Positions 18,449 through 28,679 of a stretch of 64,000 nt of DNA are shown in pieces. Every line of letters begins with the position of its first letter. Within the stretch, counting starts at the first letter, position 1. The stretch is from a virus. The position numbers were made by a program, and so were the translations under genes. The notes under the pieces are model-generated. The model saw nothing but the letters and a program-made list of their open reading frames with translations. It did not search any database and was not told the DNA's origin. The stretch spans positions 30,624 through 94,623 of IMG/VR virus record IMGVR_UViG_3300020048_000070; one strand, written 5' to 3'.

Positions 18449-19186
18449 ATGGAATTTCAAATCCCAGAGAACAATTCATTTGGGTTTTCAGGTATTGACC
18501 CGGATGACCTTATTAACCCAGAAGATGAGTATACACTTGTATCAATAGCTGAGGATGTGAGTCCGTCTACGTCTAATCTTAGGGCTGCAATGGCTGCTGG
18601 CATGAAAACTGTAAACCTTGCATGCAAGAAAGATCCAAGGTCCGATAAGTTGATGATGCATGCTACCCGTTTTGGTGCCCGTATTAATGAGATTCATGGT
18701 TTTAAACCAGTGAACGACATTGATGAAAATGGATATAAACCATCCCCAACAATAGGTGGCAGTACTTGTTTGTATGATGCTATCTATAATGCCATTTCTG
18801 CTTGTAGCCATTATGCAGAAATTCTGGATGCTAGAGGAGATATTAGTTCCAATGCCATAGTATTTGTATTTACAGATGGTATGGATAATAGTTCCAGCAT
18901 TGGCCCAAAAACAATTCTTGACAAACTTCAAGAGATTCGTATGAAAGAGATTCTTGAATCTCTTAAAATAATTATTCTTGGGTTCAATGATCCGGCTTAT
19001 TCAGGAAGCTCTGTAGCAAACTACCTGAAACAACTGGTAGATGACCTTGGGCTTGATCAGTATGTAGATATTGGAAGTATGACTCCAGCGCAAGCTGCTA
19101 AAGTGTTTGGGTTTGTCAGCCAGTCTATCTCTTCTCAGAGCCAACACCTTGGGACTGGTGGCCCGAGTCAAAACTTGACATTCTAA
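18449..19186 (+). CDS. TerY-like vWA protein
   Basis: DVSPST (MIDAS-like), GSTCLYDA, FTDGMDNSS; C-terminal SQSISSQSQ. Confidence 0.8.
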   Translation: MEFQIPENNSFGFSGIDPDDLINPEDEYTLVSIAEDVSPSTSNLRAAMAAGMKTVNLACKKDPRSDKLMMHATRFGARINEIHGFKPVNDIDENGYKPSPTIGGSTCLYDAIYNAISACSHYAEILDARGDISSNAIVFVFTDGMDNSSSIGPKTILDKLQEIRMKEILESLKIIILGFNDPAYSGSSVANYLKQLVDDLGLDQYVDIGSMTPAQAAKVFGFVSQSISSQSQHLGTGGPSQNLTF

Positions 19187-19200
19187 TTAACGGACCTTGA

Positions 19201-19240
19201 AAGGGCTTAGATATTAACGTATCTAGGCCCTTCTTACTTT
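19201..19240 (+). terminator. Probable rho-independent terminator
   Basis: AAGGGCTTAGATA / TATCTAGGCCCTT followed by CTTACTTT. Confidence 0.55.
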
Positions 19241-19448
19241 AAAGGAGTAAAAATATGACGAGTCTAATTAAAGGAACATTAGAGATTGACCATAATCGTG
19301 GAGTAATTTATTTCCATTCCAGCGATACAGGGCACACTCCATTAAGAATATGCTCATTACCGAAACCTATTCCTGATGTATCTGAATATGCAAAATCTAT
19401 AGATATTACACACATGTACGGATGTAGTTGGGTGGAAAAGGAGACGAA

Positions 19449-20342
19449 ATGAATATAGATAGCTTTCTAAAAATAGGGCATAGCCATACCATGTGCCAAG
19501 ATTACATTATATCTGGCACTTCCCCAATGCCTTATATTATTCTGGCTGATGGATGTTCCAGTGCTAAAAATAGTGACATTGGTGCTAGATTACTATGCCA
19601 CTCAGCTCTTTCCATGCTTACCAGCTTATATAATAGTAAAAATAATAATATGTTAGATATTGGATGGAGTATCTTTGGTAATACTGTAATAGTAGATGCT
19701 AAACTTACCCTACACAATAGTTTTCCATCATTAGATACTGAATGTTTAGATGCTACCCTAATTGTAGCTTACAAAACTAAAGGAGTGTATAAAATAGTAA
19801 TGTATGGTGATGGGCATATATATGTAACTAATAAAGATAATTCTGTAGCATATCATAAAATATCCTTTGAACCAAATGCCCCCAGTTACCTAAGATATTG
19901 GATTAAAGGGCAAGAGGAGTATTTAAGTAATAAAATAATGGTAACACATGAATCTCAACACGGCATCAATGGCAAAATATCCACAGAGTATGGTATACCA
20001 TGTATTATAGATGTAAAAGAACAAGATGTGAAAAGCCTAGTTATAGCCAGTGATGGGGTAGATTCAATAATGTTTAAAGAAGAAACTATGTATAAGACAA
20101 AGTACTTAGATCTTTATGGGGCTGTCTTACATAATAAATCCACTATAAACCCACACACCGCCACTAAGTTACCACAGTGTAAAGAAAAAAGTTTCTTAGA
20201 GGTGCTAAATGATGTTACCCAATTCAAATTGACTGATGGACCATTCCTAAGTAGAAGGATTAAAAAGGTTCTTAAAGGGTACGAAAAAGAGGGATTTGTT
20301 AATGACGATGATATTTCTATAGGATGTTTTTACGAGGGATAA
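19449..20342 (+). CDS. PP2C-family protein phosphatase (TerY-P type)
   Basis: GHSH..CQD, ADGCSS, DATL, GDG, SDG, DDIS motifs. Confidence 0.88.
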   Translation: MNIDSFLKIGHSHTMCQDYIISGTSPMPYIILADGCSSAKNSDIGARLLCHSALSMLTSLYNSKNNNMLDIGWSIFGNTVIVDAKLTLHNSFPSLDTECLDATLIVAYKTKGVYKIVMYGDGHIYVTNKDNSVAYHKISFEPNAPSYLRYWIKGQEEYLSNKIMVTHESQHGINGKISTEYGIPCIIDVKEQDVKSLVIASDGVDSIMFKEETMYKTKYLDLYGAVLHNKSTINPHTATKLPQCKEKSFLEVLNDVTQFKLTDGPFLSRRIKKVLKGYEKEGFVNDDDISIGCFYEG

Positions 20343-20344
20343 TC

Positions 20345-22021
20345 ATGAAATATACTATACAAGGTAAGGGGGAAGTAACATTAATAGGCACAGATTTTAT
20401 GTCTTCTGGTGGAGAGGCCCAGGTATTCAGAAAAGGTAATACTGTATACAAAATATACCATAAACCGCAAGATATGATTCCAGACGGAAAAATAAAAGAG
20501 TTGCAAGCTATTAACAAAAGTAATGTATTAATACCAAAAGATATATTACTGGATAAAAAAGGTGCCCGTGTAGGGTTCACAATGGATTACGTAGCAGATA
20601 TAGCTCCATTGTGTAAACTGTTTACGAATGCCTACGTTGAACAGAATGACATATCAAATGATACGATAATTGATTTAATAAAATACATGCAGGAGACTAT
20701 CGAAGCAATACATGCAGCAGCCTGTATTCAAGTAGATGGTAACGAACTCAATTATCTAGTTGACGAAAAAACATATAAAACCTGCTATTTTATTGATGTA
20801 AACTCTTATCAAACAAAATCCTTTCCAGCTACTGTTATAATGCCATCCATACGTGACTGGACAGCGAAATCTTTCAATGAACTGACAGATTGGTACTCTT
20901 TTTCAATAATTGCTTGTCAGTTACTTGTTGGTATACATCCATACAAGGGGAAACACCCAGATTTCAAAAAGTTTGATATTGAAAGTAGGATGAAATCCCA
21001 TGTATCTATATTCAATAGTAATGTGCAACTACCTAAGTCTGTTAAAGACTTTAGTAGGATTCCAGCCAACTACATGGATTGGTTTACTGCTGTACTGGAA
21101 GAAGGCAAAAGGATACCACCACCAGCCACAGTAGGAGCAGTTAACGCTAAAGTAAACTACGTGGTAATAACATCCACAGATAACTTTAATATCACTGAAT
21201 TATCTATTTTTGATGATACTGTACTGTACCATTCTAATCTTAATAACATACCAGTTACCAGAACCAAAAAGTCAATATACATAGGATCAAATAAACATGA
21301 TGTTAGTAAAGGAGTATATTTAGTGCATACTCCTAAAAAACTGGTACCAATTTTAGTTAAAATACAGGATGGTGAAGTAGAATTGCACTCTTTAGCTAAT
21401 CATTATACTGTTGCAAAAGGGTCATCTATAAGTGCTGAAGAAATAATGGTCATAGGAAACACTATATATCTTCGTAGTGGTGAAAACCTATTAGAAACAT
21501 ACTTTATGGAGAATACAAATTCAGCTACTCTAGTGATAAAGAATACGTGGGATATTCATAAAAATGCTAGTCAGTTCTTTAAAAACGTTATTGTACAAAA
21601 CCTACTGGGATCTAAATTTATTGCAGTGCCTGACCCGTACTCTGGTTCTTTTGTAAATAAAAGGGCACCAATACTTGATATATATAAAATACTAGATGCC
21701 AAGTATGAAAGTGGAGTATGTGTTATATCTTTATCAAATAATGGGAATTACGGATTAGTAGTAATTCCCGATATGGATGATATGAATAGTGCAAGATTCA
21801 TAAATACAAGTGATTATAGCCCAGTGAACTTCACTGTTCTAGATAATGGTATAGTCGTCATTATTTATGAAGATACGTTAGAAATATTTAGCAAAGATAA
21901 AGCTAGTAAAGTAAAAGTAATAAAAGATAAACAAATAACTACAGATATGCAGCTGTGTAAAAACGGTGGATCTTTGCGGTTTTTTACTGATAATAAACTA
22001 TACAATATCAAAATGAAATAG
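20345..22021 (+). CDS. Ser/Thr protein kinase (TerY-P type) with beta-rich C-terminal region
   Basis: SGGEAQVF, KIY, DGNELN, IDVNSYQ, DWYSF, GIHPYKG. Confidence 0.88.
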   Translation: MKYTIQGKGEVTLIGTDFMSSGGEAQVFRKGNTVYKIYHKPQDMIPDGKIKELQAINKSNVLIPKDILLDKKGARVGFTMDYVADIAPLCKLFTNAYVEQNDISNDTIIDLIKYMQETIEAIHAAACIQVDGNELNYLVDEKTYKTCYFIDVNSYQTKSFPATVIMPSIRDWTAKSFNELTDWYSFSIIACQLLVGIHPYKGKHPDFKKFDIESRMKSHVSIFNSNVQLPKSVKDFSRIPANYMDWFTAVLEEGKRIPPPATVGAVNAKVNYVVITSTDNFNITELSIFDDTVLYHSNLNNIPVTRTKKSIYIGSNKHDVSKGVYLVHTPKKLVPILVKIQDGEVELHSLANHYTVAKGSSISAEEIMVIGNTIYLRSGENLLETYFMENTNSATLVIKNTWDIHKNASQFFKNVIVQNLLGSKFIAVPDPYSGSFVNKRAPILDIYKILDAKYESGVCVISLSNNGNYGLVVIPDMDDMNSARFINTSDYSPVNFTVLDNGIVVIIYEDTLEIFSKDKASKVKVIKDKQITTDMQLCKNGGSLRFFTDNKLYNIKMK

Positions 22022-22558
22022 TATTGTATTTGACGTATAGCATAAAATAAAGTAAGAACGTACTGACGCAAGGGGCTATACTAAATTGTTCAATAGCGGG
22101 GCTATACAGCCTTTTAAAAGGAATTTTATGATAAAACCCAAGCTAAAGAAAGTAAAACAATGGAATTGGGTAATGGAAGATGATGTACCATTAACCTGGA
22201 GCAAAGAGGAACTCGCTACTATGCGTTTCAAATGCTCAAGGAAGAACTTTTTGTTTGGCAATTTACCTGAAAGTATGTACAGAAAAGAAGTTGAACTATA
22301 TAGGAGTAGAAATGAGTAAAAATAAGAATAAGATTAAGAAAAAGAAAGTACCGCCGAATATGATGTTTAGATTAAAAGGTGGGGCATCAACAGTAAATGG
22401 GGATACTGTTTTATTTTTTTCAAAAGAGCATATTCTTAAAATGGAAGATGCTATAGATAAAGATCTTAAAGAGAACATAGGTCTTATGGAATTTTTTGAT
22501 ATGATGAAACAACAGATAGTTGCATCATCCGCACAAATTAAACAAGACACTGATATCC

Positions 22559-23461
22559 ATGCCATTTAAAATAATTGAATTTTTGAATGACACTGGAATA
22601 CCGTACTCACTATCCGGAAAGAATATATCTTCAGGCTGGGTAGGTATCAACTGTCCCTACTGTTCTGATAGATCTAATCACGGAGGTATACCATTATCAG
22701 GTAATATATTCACCTGTTTTAAATGCGGCACTAAAACATCTATAAAAAAGCTTATAGCAGAGTTAGAAAGGTGCTCATTTCAACAAGCTGCTGCTACCTA
22801 CGCTAGGTACTCTGATGCCTTATATCTACCTAACTACATAGAGGTACAAAGGGCTGCAAAAGTAGAATGGCCCCCACCATCTGTATCACAAGTTCCTTTA
22901 GAGACTCATGTAGAGTATATTGAAGATAGGAATTACGATATACAACACCTAGTAAAAAATTACAATATCCATTTTGGTGGGTACACTGGTAAATTCAAAT
23001 ACCGTATTATCATACCAGTGTATTTACAAGGTAAGCTTGTATCTTATATAGGTAGGGACATATCAGATCAGTCCTACCTAAAGTACATGAATCTTAGAGA
23101 AGAAGACAGCGTACTTCCAGTAAAAGAAACAGTATACAATATAGATAATGTTACAGATGAAGCAATAATATGTGAAGGAGTATTCGACGCATGGAGATTT
23201 GGTTTTAATGCTGTAGCTTTATTTGGATTAGTATATACTCAAAAACAGGTAAGGATGCTAGGAAAACTAAAAAAAGCATACATCTGTTTTGATAACGAAC
23301 CACAAGCCCAGCATGCCGCAAATATTCTTGCAGAAGAACTATCTTGGCAAGGTGTTAGTGTAGAGGTACTACTAATTGGTACAAAAGACCCAGGTGAAAT
23401 GTCCAGCATAGAAGCTGACTCTATAAAACAAGAACTATTTGGAATTACTAATTTATTTTGA
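22559..23461 (+). CDS. DNA primase (Zn finger + TOPRIM)
   Basis: CPYC...CFKC; RIIIP; EGVFD; FDNE; KDPG. Confidence 0.88.
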   Translation: MPFKIIEFLNDTGIPYSLSGKNISSGWVGINCPYCSDRSNHGGIPLSGNIFTCFKCGTKTSIKKLIAELERCSFQQAAATYARYSDALYLPNYIEVQRAAKVEWPPPSVSQVPLETHVEYIEDRNYDIQHLVKNYNIHFGGYTGKFKYRIIIPVYLQGKLVSYIGRDISDQSYLKYMNLREEDSVLPVKETVYNIDNVTDEAIICEGVFDAWRFGFNAVALFGLVYTQKQVRMLGKLKKAYICFDNEPQAQHAANILAEELSWQGVSVEVLLIGTKDPGEMSSIEADSIKQELFGITNLF

Positions 23462-23619
23462 AAACTTGTTTTTATATTGCGCTGGGGTTTGCAGTATGGT
23501 AATGTTCAATTTTAGTACAGCAGCACCATAGCTTTTCTTTTGTTGGCGGCATAATAAACAATAACTTTTAACAAAGGAGTGTTTATGTAAAATGGTTCCT
23601 ACAATATGAAATTTAGTAG

Positions 23620-23658
23620 AAGGGTATCCCCGTAAAAGGGGATACCCTTTCTTCGTTT
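23620..23658 (+). terminator. Strong terminator-like hairpin
   Basis: AAGGGTATCCCC-GTAAAA-GGGGATACCCTT then TCTTCGTTT. Confidence 0.7.
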
Positions 23659-24070
23659 ATAGCACAATTAAATAAGGATGTAACATGAAAGTAACTAAGG
23701 AAGAACTTGTAGAGATTGAAAACAACGTAAGAACAGTAATAAAAGAACAAATAACGGATCTACCAAAAGAAACAATTATAGCTCTTTTACTTATAGCTGC
23801 TAATAATATAGGTGTTCAAATAGTAGGTAAAGAGCCGCAGTCCGTTGATGAAACAAAAAATATCCTAGACACTGGTATTAATTTTTTGTTTCATGCACAT
23901 GCAGAGGCGTCACAGTATAGGTGCAACACAATTGATGCGGCATTAACTTTCCGTATTGGACATGCATAAAACATAACATGCTGATCTGACGCACTTTTTA
24001 CTTGACTTCTTTTCCACAAATCAAGTAATAATACTAACACTAAATTTCACAGTAATATTGGAGCTATACT

Positions 24071-24508
24071 ATGCCAAAAATGAAAAAGCGTCGAATAAAA
24101 GCCCCGCCTATCATCCCTATAAACAGGGACCGTTATTTTTCCAGAGATAAATCCTTCATATTAATGTGCAGACTCCTGCCAGATCAAATTCTAAACACCC
24201 AACTTGCTATGCAAATAGGTTTAGAAGAGTCCATTATCATAACGCAATACGTAAAGTTTGCAGAAGATTTTCCAGAAGGGGATGGATGGTTTAGTCTTGA
24301 AAAAGAAGATATACCGTACATATTCCCGTTTATCAAAGCGTCTATCAAAGATAAAGAAAACAGTCTTATAGCAAAAGGGTTACTTGTACGCTTGGAAACC
24401 TCAGATATGTTTACTTATCTAGTACAGTATGATAAGATGACTGACTTGATGTATACAGTCATTGGCGAAAACGGGTTACCAGAAAATCTAAAAGAGAGAT
24501 ATATATGA
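24071..24508 (+). CDS. Winged-helix-like protein, paralogous to the N-terminus of the next gene
   Basis: IGLEESIII...DGWF...KENSLIAKGLL aligns with LGVEETVIL...DGYY...KENKLIDLGLI. Confidence 0.6.
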   Translation: MPKMKKRRIKAPPIIPINRDRYFSRDKSFILMCRLLPDQILNTQLAMQIGLEESIIITQYVKFAEDFPEGDGWFSLEKEDIPYIFPFIKASIKDKENSLIAKGLLVRLETSDMFTYLVQYDKMTDLMYTVIGENGLPENLKERYI

Positions 24509-26007
24509 AATCAAACAATACTCAGGATGAAAAACAGGAAAAACAGTCTTTACTTAGTAAAATTGCGGCTTCTGGAGCATATTGGATTATACCCAAGGGA
24601 GTTACAAATAATCTTGGGGTAGAAGAAACAGTAATACTAATGGAACATGTATCTTTCGGTTCTGGGTACAAAAAGAATGATGGTTACTACTACCGTACAA
24701 AGGATGCATTGGTCAAAGTCCTACCGTATGGGGCAACATGTATCCAACAGAAAGAAAATAAGCTAATAGACCTCGGTTTAATAATTCGTGTACAACGTGG
24801 GCAAGATAGGAGAAATTACTACAAAATAAATGAAGAAAATTTAACACTTTTTACAGAAAACCCACATAAGTATATTAAGAAGATTAAACCTGAGTACTTA
24901 AGCAAAAACACTATGCGTAAACGGGGTATTATTGCTGATCCCCATACGTCGCCAAACGCTGCTTCAAGCAACACGCCGCAACGCCCTAAGAAGAATATAA
25001 TAAAAGAACCTATTTCTTTACTACGTAAAGAAAGTATAGGGGCAAAAGAGACTGCCCCTATAACGGATAATTCAAATATTGATAGTTCAATGTTTATTCC
25101 TAAAAAGAGAATATTGACTGGTTACGTAGATGTTAACCTCTCATTGAATAGTAAAGAATTACCAAAATCTAACAATATTGAATCAACCTCACCCATAATG
25201 ACTAGATCAGGAATGAATAAGTCTTTAAAAGAAAAAACTGAAAAGGTTGTTATAAGTAATCGTAAGGTTCCAAACACTGTTATTAATCTTATTGAATATT
25301 GGAATACATTACCTGGGGTTAGAGTACATGGTTTAAAATATGAAAAAGATGTGTGTCTTCTTGATATTCAAACTAGAGCAGTAAAAGATATAAGTATGCA
25401 TATCAAGCAATTATTGCGTGGAGAACTTTATGCTGCATCGCAGGATATAATTCAGCCTGTTGTTCGTACTATGAAGTTTACAGTAGAAGATATTAAAAAA
25501 GCGATGCTTAGGGCTAGTAAAAGTACTGCATTGGAGTATGGTGGAAAAGCAAAGAAAATAACCTTAGATTTGTTCTTCTACAATAAATTTGCTTATACGT
25601 ACCCTGAAAATGGTAGATCAATGTATAAGTATAAGTACCAATTCTTGCATTTTATCAATGGTGACATAGTTCCTATTCAGCCTAAAATAAAAGGGGATAG
25701 TTCTGACCCAAATAAACCAAACAATGGATTAGCTTCTTTGGTTATACGGAAATTTAAAAGCGAGGGTGTATTAGTAGCTGATAGGGATAGAAATGAAATA
25801 GTAAAAGCTGTTGATGTTGCTTTGAAAGTATTGTTAAAAAACAAGTTTGCATGGAAGCAGCCAGAGACTTCTATTATGGCTGATTTTCCCTATGCGTTTT
25901 ATTCTTGCCATAGGGATAATTCAAAGAATCCTAATAGTGTTGGGGATGTGTGGTATGTAGCCACGTATAAGTTTGAACAGCATCTTAAAGACAAAAGGTA
26001 CATATAA
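24505..26007 (+). CDS. Putative replication initiator / origin-binding protein (N-terminal wHTH)
   Basis: Rep-like N-terminus (L..LGLI......RRNYYKIN), low-complexity linker, coupled to the helicase gene. Confidence 0.55.
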   Translation: MKSNNTQDEKQEKQSLLSKIAASGAYWIIPKGVTNNLGVEETVILMEHVSFGSGYKKNDGYYYRTKDALVKVLPYGATCIQQKENKLIDLGLIIRVQRGQDRRNYYKINEENLTLFTENPHKYIKKIKPEYLSKNTMRKRGIIADPHTSPNAASSNTPQRPKKNIIKEPISLLRKESIGAKETAPITDNSNIDSSMFIPKKRILTGYVDVNLSLNSKELPKSNNIESTSPIMTRSGMNKSLKEKTEKVVISNRKVPNTVINLIEYWNTLPGVRVHGLKYEKDVCLLDIQTRAVKDISMHIKQLLRGELYAASQDIIQPVVRTMKFTVEDIKKAMLRASKSTALEYGGKAKKITLDLFFYNKFAYTYPENGRSMYKYKYQFLHFINGDIVPIQPKIKGDSSDPNKPNNGLASLVIRKFKSEGVLVADRDRNEIVKAVDVALKVLLKNKFAWKQPETSIMADFPYAFYSCHRDNSKNPNSVGDVWYVATYKFEQHLKDKRYI

Positions 26008-27530
26008 TGGCAGTACAGAGAACACGGGTAGAATTTGATGAAGAGAAGTTGATAGTAACAAATTTAATATTAAGTACAGACCTCTGCAAAGAAGTTCTTG
26101 AAGCTACAGACCCATCGTTCTTTAACTCTAAAGGTGTAAAAGTCATACTACAGTGGGTAAAAACTCATTATGACAAGTATGGGGAAGCTCTTAGAGAAAG
26201 AGTTAATGAGTATTTTGAGATTAATTCAGCCCCACTAGATCAAGCAGTAAAGGATCAGATACAAAGTATTCTTGGACATTTATCTGAAGTATATGGTACT
26301 GAAGTCCATAATGTTCAATACTTGAAAGATAGGGCATTTGCTTTATATAAGAAGAAATTCTATAAAGCTCAGATGGCAGTAGCTAATGCCTGTATAGAAA
26401 AAGAAGATTTAACTGGGGCTGAAAGTGCCTTAGCAGAACGATTTAAGTATGCTGAAGTAATATCTACCGCTAAGAGACTTGATGATCATGACCTTATAAG
26501 TTCCAGTATACAATACCTTTTTCAACAAGATGATAGTGACCCGTTTTTTAGATTTGAAGGTAGATTGGGGGAATTTGTAGGAACAATAGAACGGGGATGG
26601 TTAGTATCTTTTATTGCCCCTCCTAAAACTGGTAAAACAGTACTAATGCTAGAGACCCTAGTAACTGCCATTATGCAAAGAAAGAACGTTGTATTCTTCT
26701 CATTTGAGATGCCATTAAAGCAGTTGCTGTCAAGGTTACTGAAACGCATAACGGGCATGTGTATGCCTAGTGGTGGAGTATCTTATGTTCCTATATTCGA
26801 TTGTTCTTACAACCAGCATGGGACATGTACAAAGGTAGAAAGATTGGGTTTTGGTGATAATGTAGATCATACTTCTGACCCTCCATCAATAAGGGCATAT
26901 ACACCGGATTCTTCATGGAAAGAATGTGATGTTTGTAGGGGGACTAAAGATTTTGATCCGGCAGCATGGAAAGTAGCAGTTGCTAAAGATGCAGTATCAG
27001 AATCTCAATTCAGAAAAAATGTAAATGCTTTTATGAATTTATATGCTAAATTTTGTAGAGTAGTATTTTACCCTTCGCAAACATGCACAGTTGGTATGAT
27101 GAATTCTGAACTTGACATACTAATATCTAGGGAAAATTTCTTTTCCGATATAATAATAGCAGATTATGCTGATTTAATAAAACCTAAAAATGGTATAGGT
27201 CAAAAAAGGCTAGAGCTAGACAACATATGGGAGGGTTTACGTTCTATGGGGCAATCAAGACAGAACGCTATAATAACTGCCTCTCAGACTAATCAAAAAG
27301 GTTTAGACTCTAAATACATAAGGCAATCTGATATAGCGGAAGATTTTTCAAAATTAGCTAAATTAGATGTTGGTATTGGGTTGGCTCAAACTGAAGATAT
27401 GAAATCCTGTGGCGTACTCCACGCTAACATAGTGGCCTCTAGACATTATGAGTATATGCTATCTCATACCTGCGCTATTCTTCAAGATTTAAGTGCTATG
27501 CAAGGGCACCTTGACTCTGAGTACAAATAA
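26007..27530 (+). CDS. DnaB-like replicative helicase
   Basis: APPKTGKT, SFEM, IADYADL, ASQ motifs; Cys-rich insertion. Confidence 0.88.
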   Translation: MAVQRTRVEFDEEKLIVTNLILSTDLCKEVLEATDPSFFNSKGVKVILQWVKTHYDKYGEALRERVNEYFEINSAPLDQAVKDQIQSILGHLSEVYGTEVHNVQYLKDRAFALYKKKFYKAQMAVANACIEKEDLTGAESALAERFKYAEVISTAKRLDDHDLISSSIQYLFQQDDSDPFFRFEGRLGEFVGTIERGWLVSFIAPPKTGKTVLMLETLVTAIMQRKNVVFFSFEMPLKQLLSRLLKRITGMCMPSGGVSYVPIFDCSYNQHGTCTKVERLGFGDNVDHTSDPPSIRAYTPDSSWKECDVCRGTKDFDPAAWKVAVAKDAVSESQFRKNVNAFMNLYAKFCRVVFYPSQTCTVGMMNSELDILISRENFFSDIIIADYADLIKPKNGIGQKRLELDNIWEGLRSMGQSRQNAIITASQTNQKGLDSKYIRQSDIAEDFSKLAKLDVGIGLAQTEDMKSCGVLHANIVASRHYEYMLSHTCAILQDLSAMQGHLDSEYK

Positions 27531-27612
27531 TTTTAAAATCTTCAATGGATAGAGTATGTTACAGAACATACTTATAAACAGCTAATTATTTTAGCATATG
27601 TGTTTTATTTTA

Positions 27613-27641
27613 TTGACGTATATAACGGCGTATGTTATATA
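27613..27641 (+). promoter_or_regulatory. Sigma70-like promoter
   Basis: TTGACG-17-TATATA with extended -10 TG. Confidence 0.7.
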
Positions 27642-27714
27642 TGTATAAAATTAATTGGGCATAGTGCCCGTATATGTAAAAAAGCTCGAAAGAGCAGAAA
27701 AGGAGATTTACACA

Positions 27715-28542
27715 ATGAAGACTATTAAGGAACTTGGTATTGCACATAAAGATCTCAAAGCGGTTTGTAAGTCGTTTAACGATGCTAATCTAGTTAAAGA
27801 AAAGATTAAACTTGTTGGTCTTGCTGGGGAGGCCATGTTGGTATTGCTTGTTAAACTCATTGATACAGTTCCTGATGGGGATATGCATAAAATTCCTGGC
27901 GATGTATCTGCATTTTACGATGCAATTCCCGAGGAAGTTTTTAACACCAACGTATCCAAAGATGTACTTAAAGCTGTTGCAAATGATGACTTACCTGCCG
28001 CTGATAAAGTAAAAGTTGAAGAGGAAGATATAGTAGAAGAGACTGATGGTATTCCTGGGCATACCACCGATTGCCCCATCTACGGCACCGGATGGAATCC
28101 CAAAGAGACTATTTGTGTTGAATGTAATAAGACCTTCCATCCTGATTACGTTTCGTGCAAGCGCATTGTCAAAGGTATTACCAGCGCAAAATCTAAGAAA
28201 AAACCAGAGCATAAAAAACAAACTAGCACTACTCCACGTAAAGCTAGTAATACGACCACGACTCGCTATGGACACCGCCCGAATACTATGGCTGGACAGA
28301 TCGATGATTTAGTGTGGGCTGGTACTACTATGGACAACCTCGTTGCTAGTCTTATGCAATGGCATGGTAGGGATGTAGCTTCCGCTAAAGGCAAAGCTAA
28401 AGGGCATGTACTACATCTCATTAATAGGGGTATTACTATTACCACGGATACTACCTCTGGAATTATTAAAGCTGTTCAGGAGTTTATTCCTACTAAAACA
28501 GCTGAGAACACTGTTGCTGCCGAACCTTCCGTAGAGCAATAA
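27715..28542 (+). CDS. Hypothetical protein with Cys4 module and possible C-terminal wHTH
   Basis: RBS AAGGAG; CP..G.G....C..C.......C module, similar to the C-terminus of 43837-44880. Confidence 0.55.
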   Translation: MKTIKELGIAHKDLKAVCKSFNDANLVKEKIKLVGLAGEAMLVLLVKLIDTVPDGDMHKIPGDVSAFYDAIPEEVFNTNVSKDVLKAVANDDLPAADKVKVEEEDIVEETDGIPGHTTDCPIYGTGWNPKETICVECNKTFHPDYVSCKRIVKGITSAKSKKKPEHKKQTSTTPRKASNTTTTRYGHRPNTMAGQIDDLVWAGTTMDNLVASLMQWHGRDVASAKGKAKGHVLHLINRGITITTDTTSGIIKAVQEFIPTKTAENTVAAEPSVEQ

Positions 28543-28550
28543 TCATTCCT

Positions 28551-28655
28551 GGGGTGAGTAGCATTTATGCTATGCAGCTTGTTGTATCACTTAGCGGGCG
28601 GAGCACAAGAGAATGAATCCGTCAGTGTACAGGTACCCAATCCTGTCTCACCCCA
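28551..28655 (+). ncRNA. Candidate tRNA-like RNA (degenerate tRNA or tRNA mimic)
   Basis: GGGGTGAG/CTCACCCC 8-bp acceptor-like stem, TAGCA-TTTA-TGCTA hairpin, ACAGG-TACCCAAT-CCTGT T-arm-like stem; no canonical anticodon arm. Confidence 0.55.
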
Positions 28656-28679
28656 ATTTCAAATAAAATAGAGGATAAA

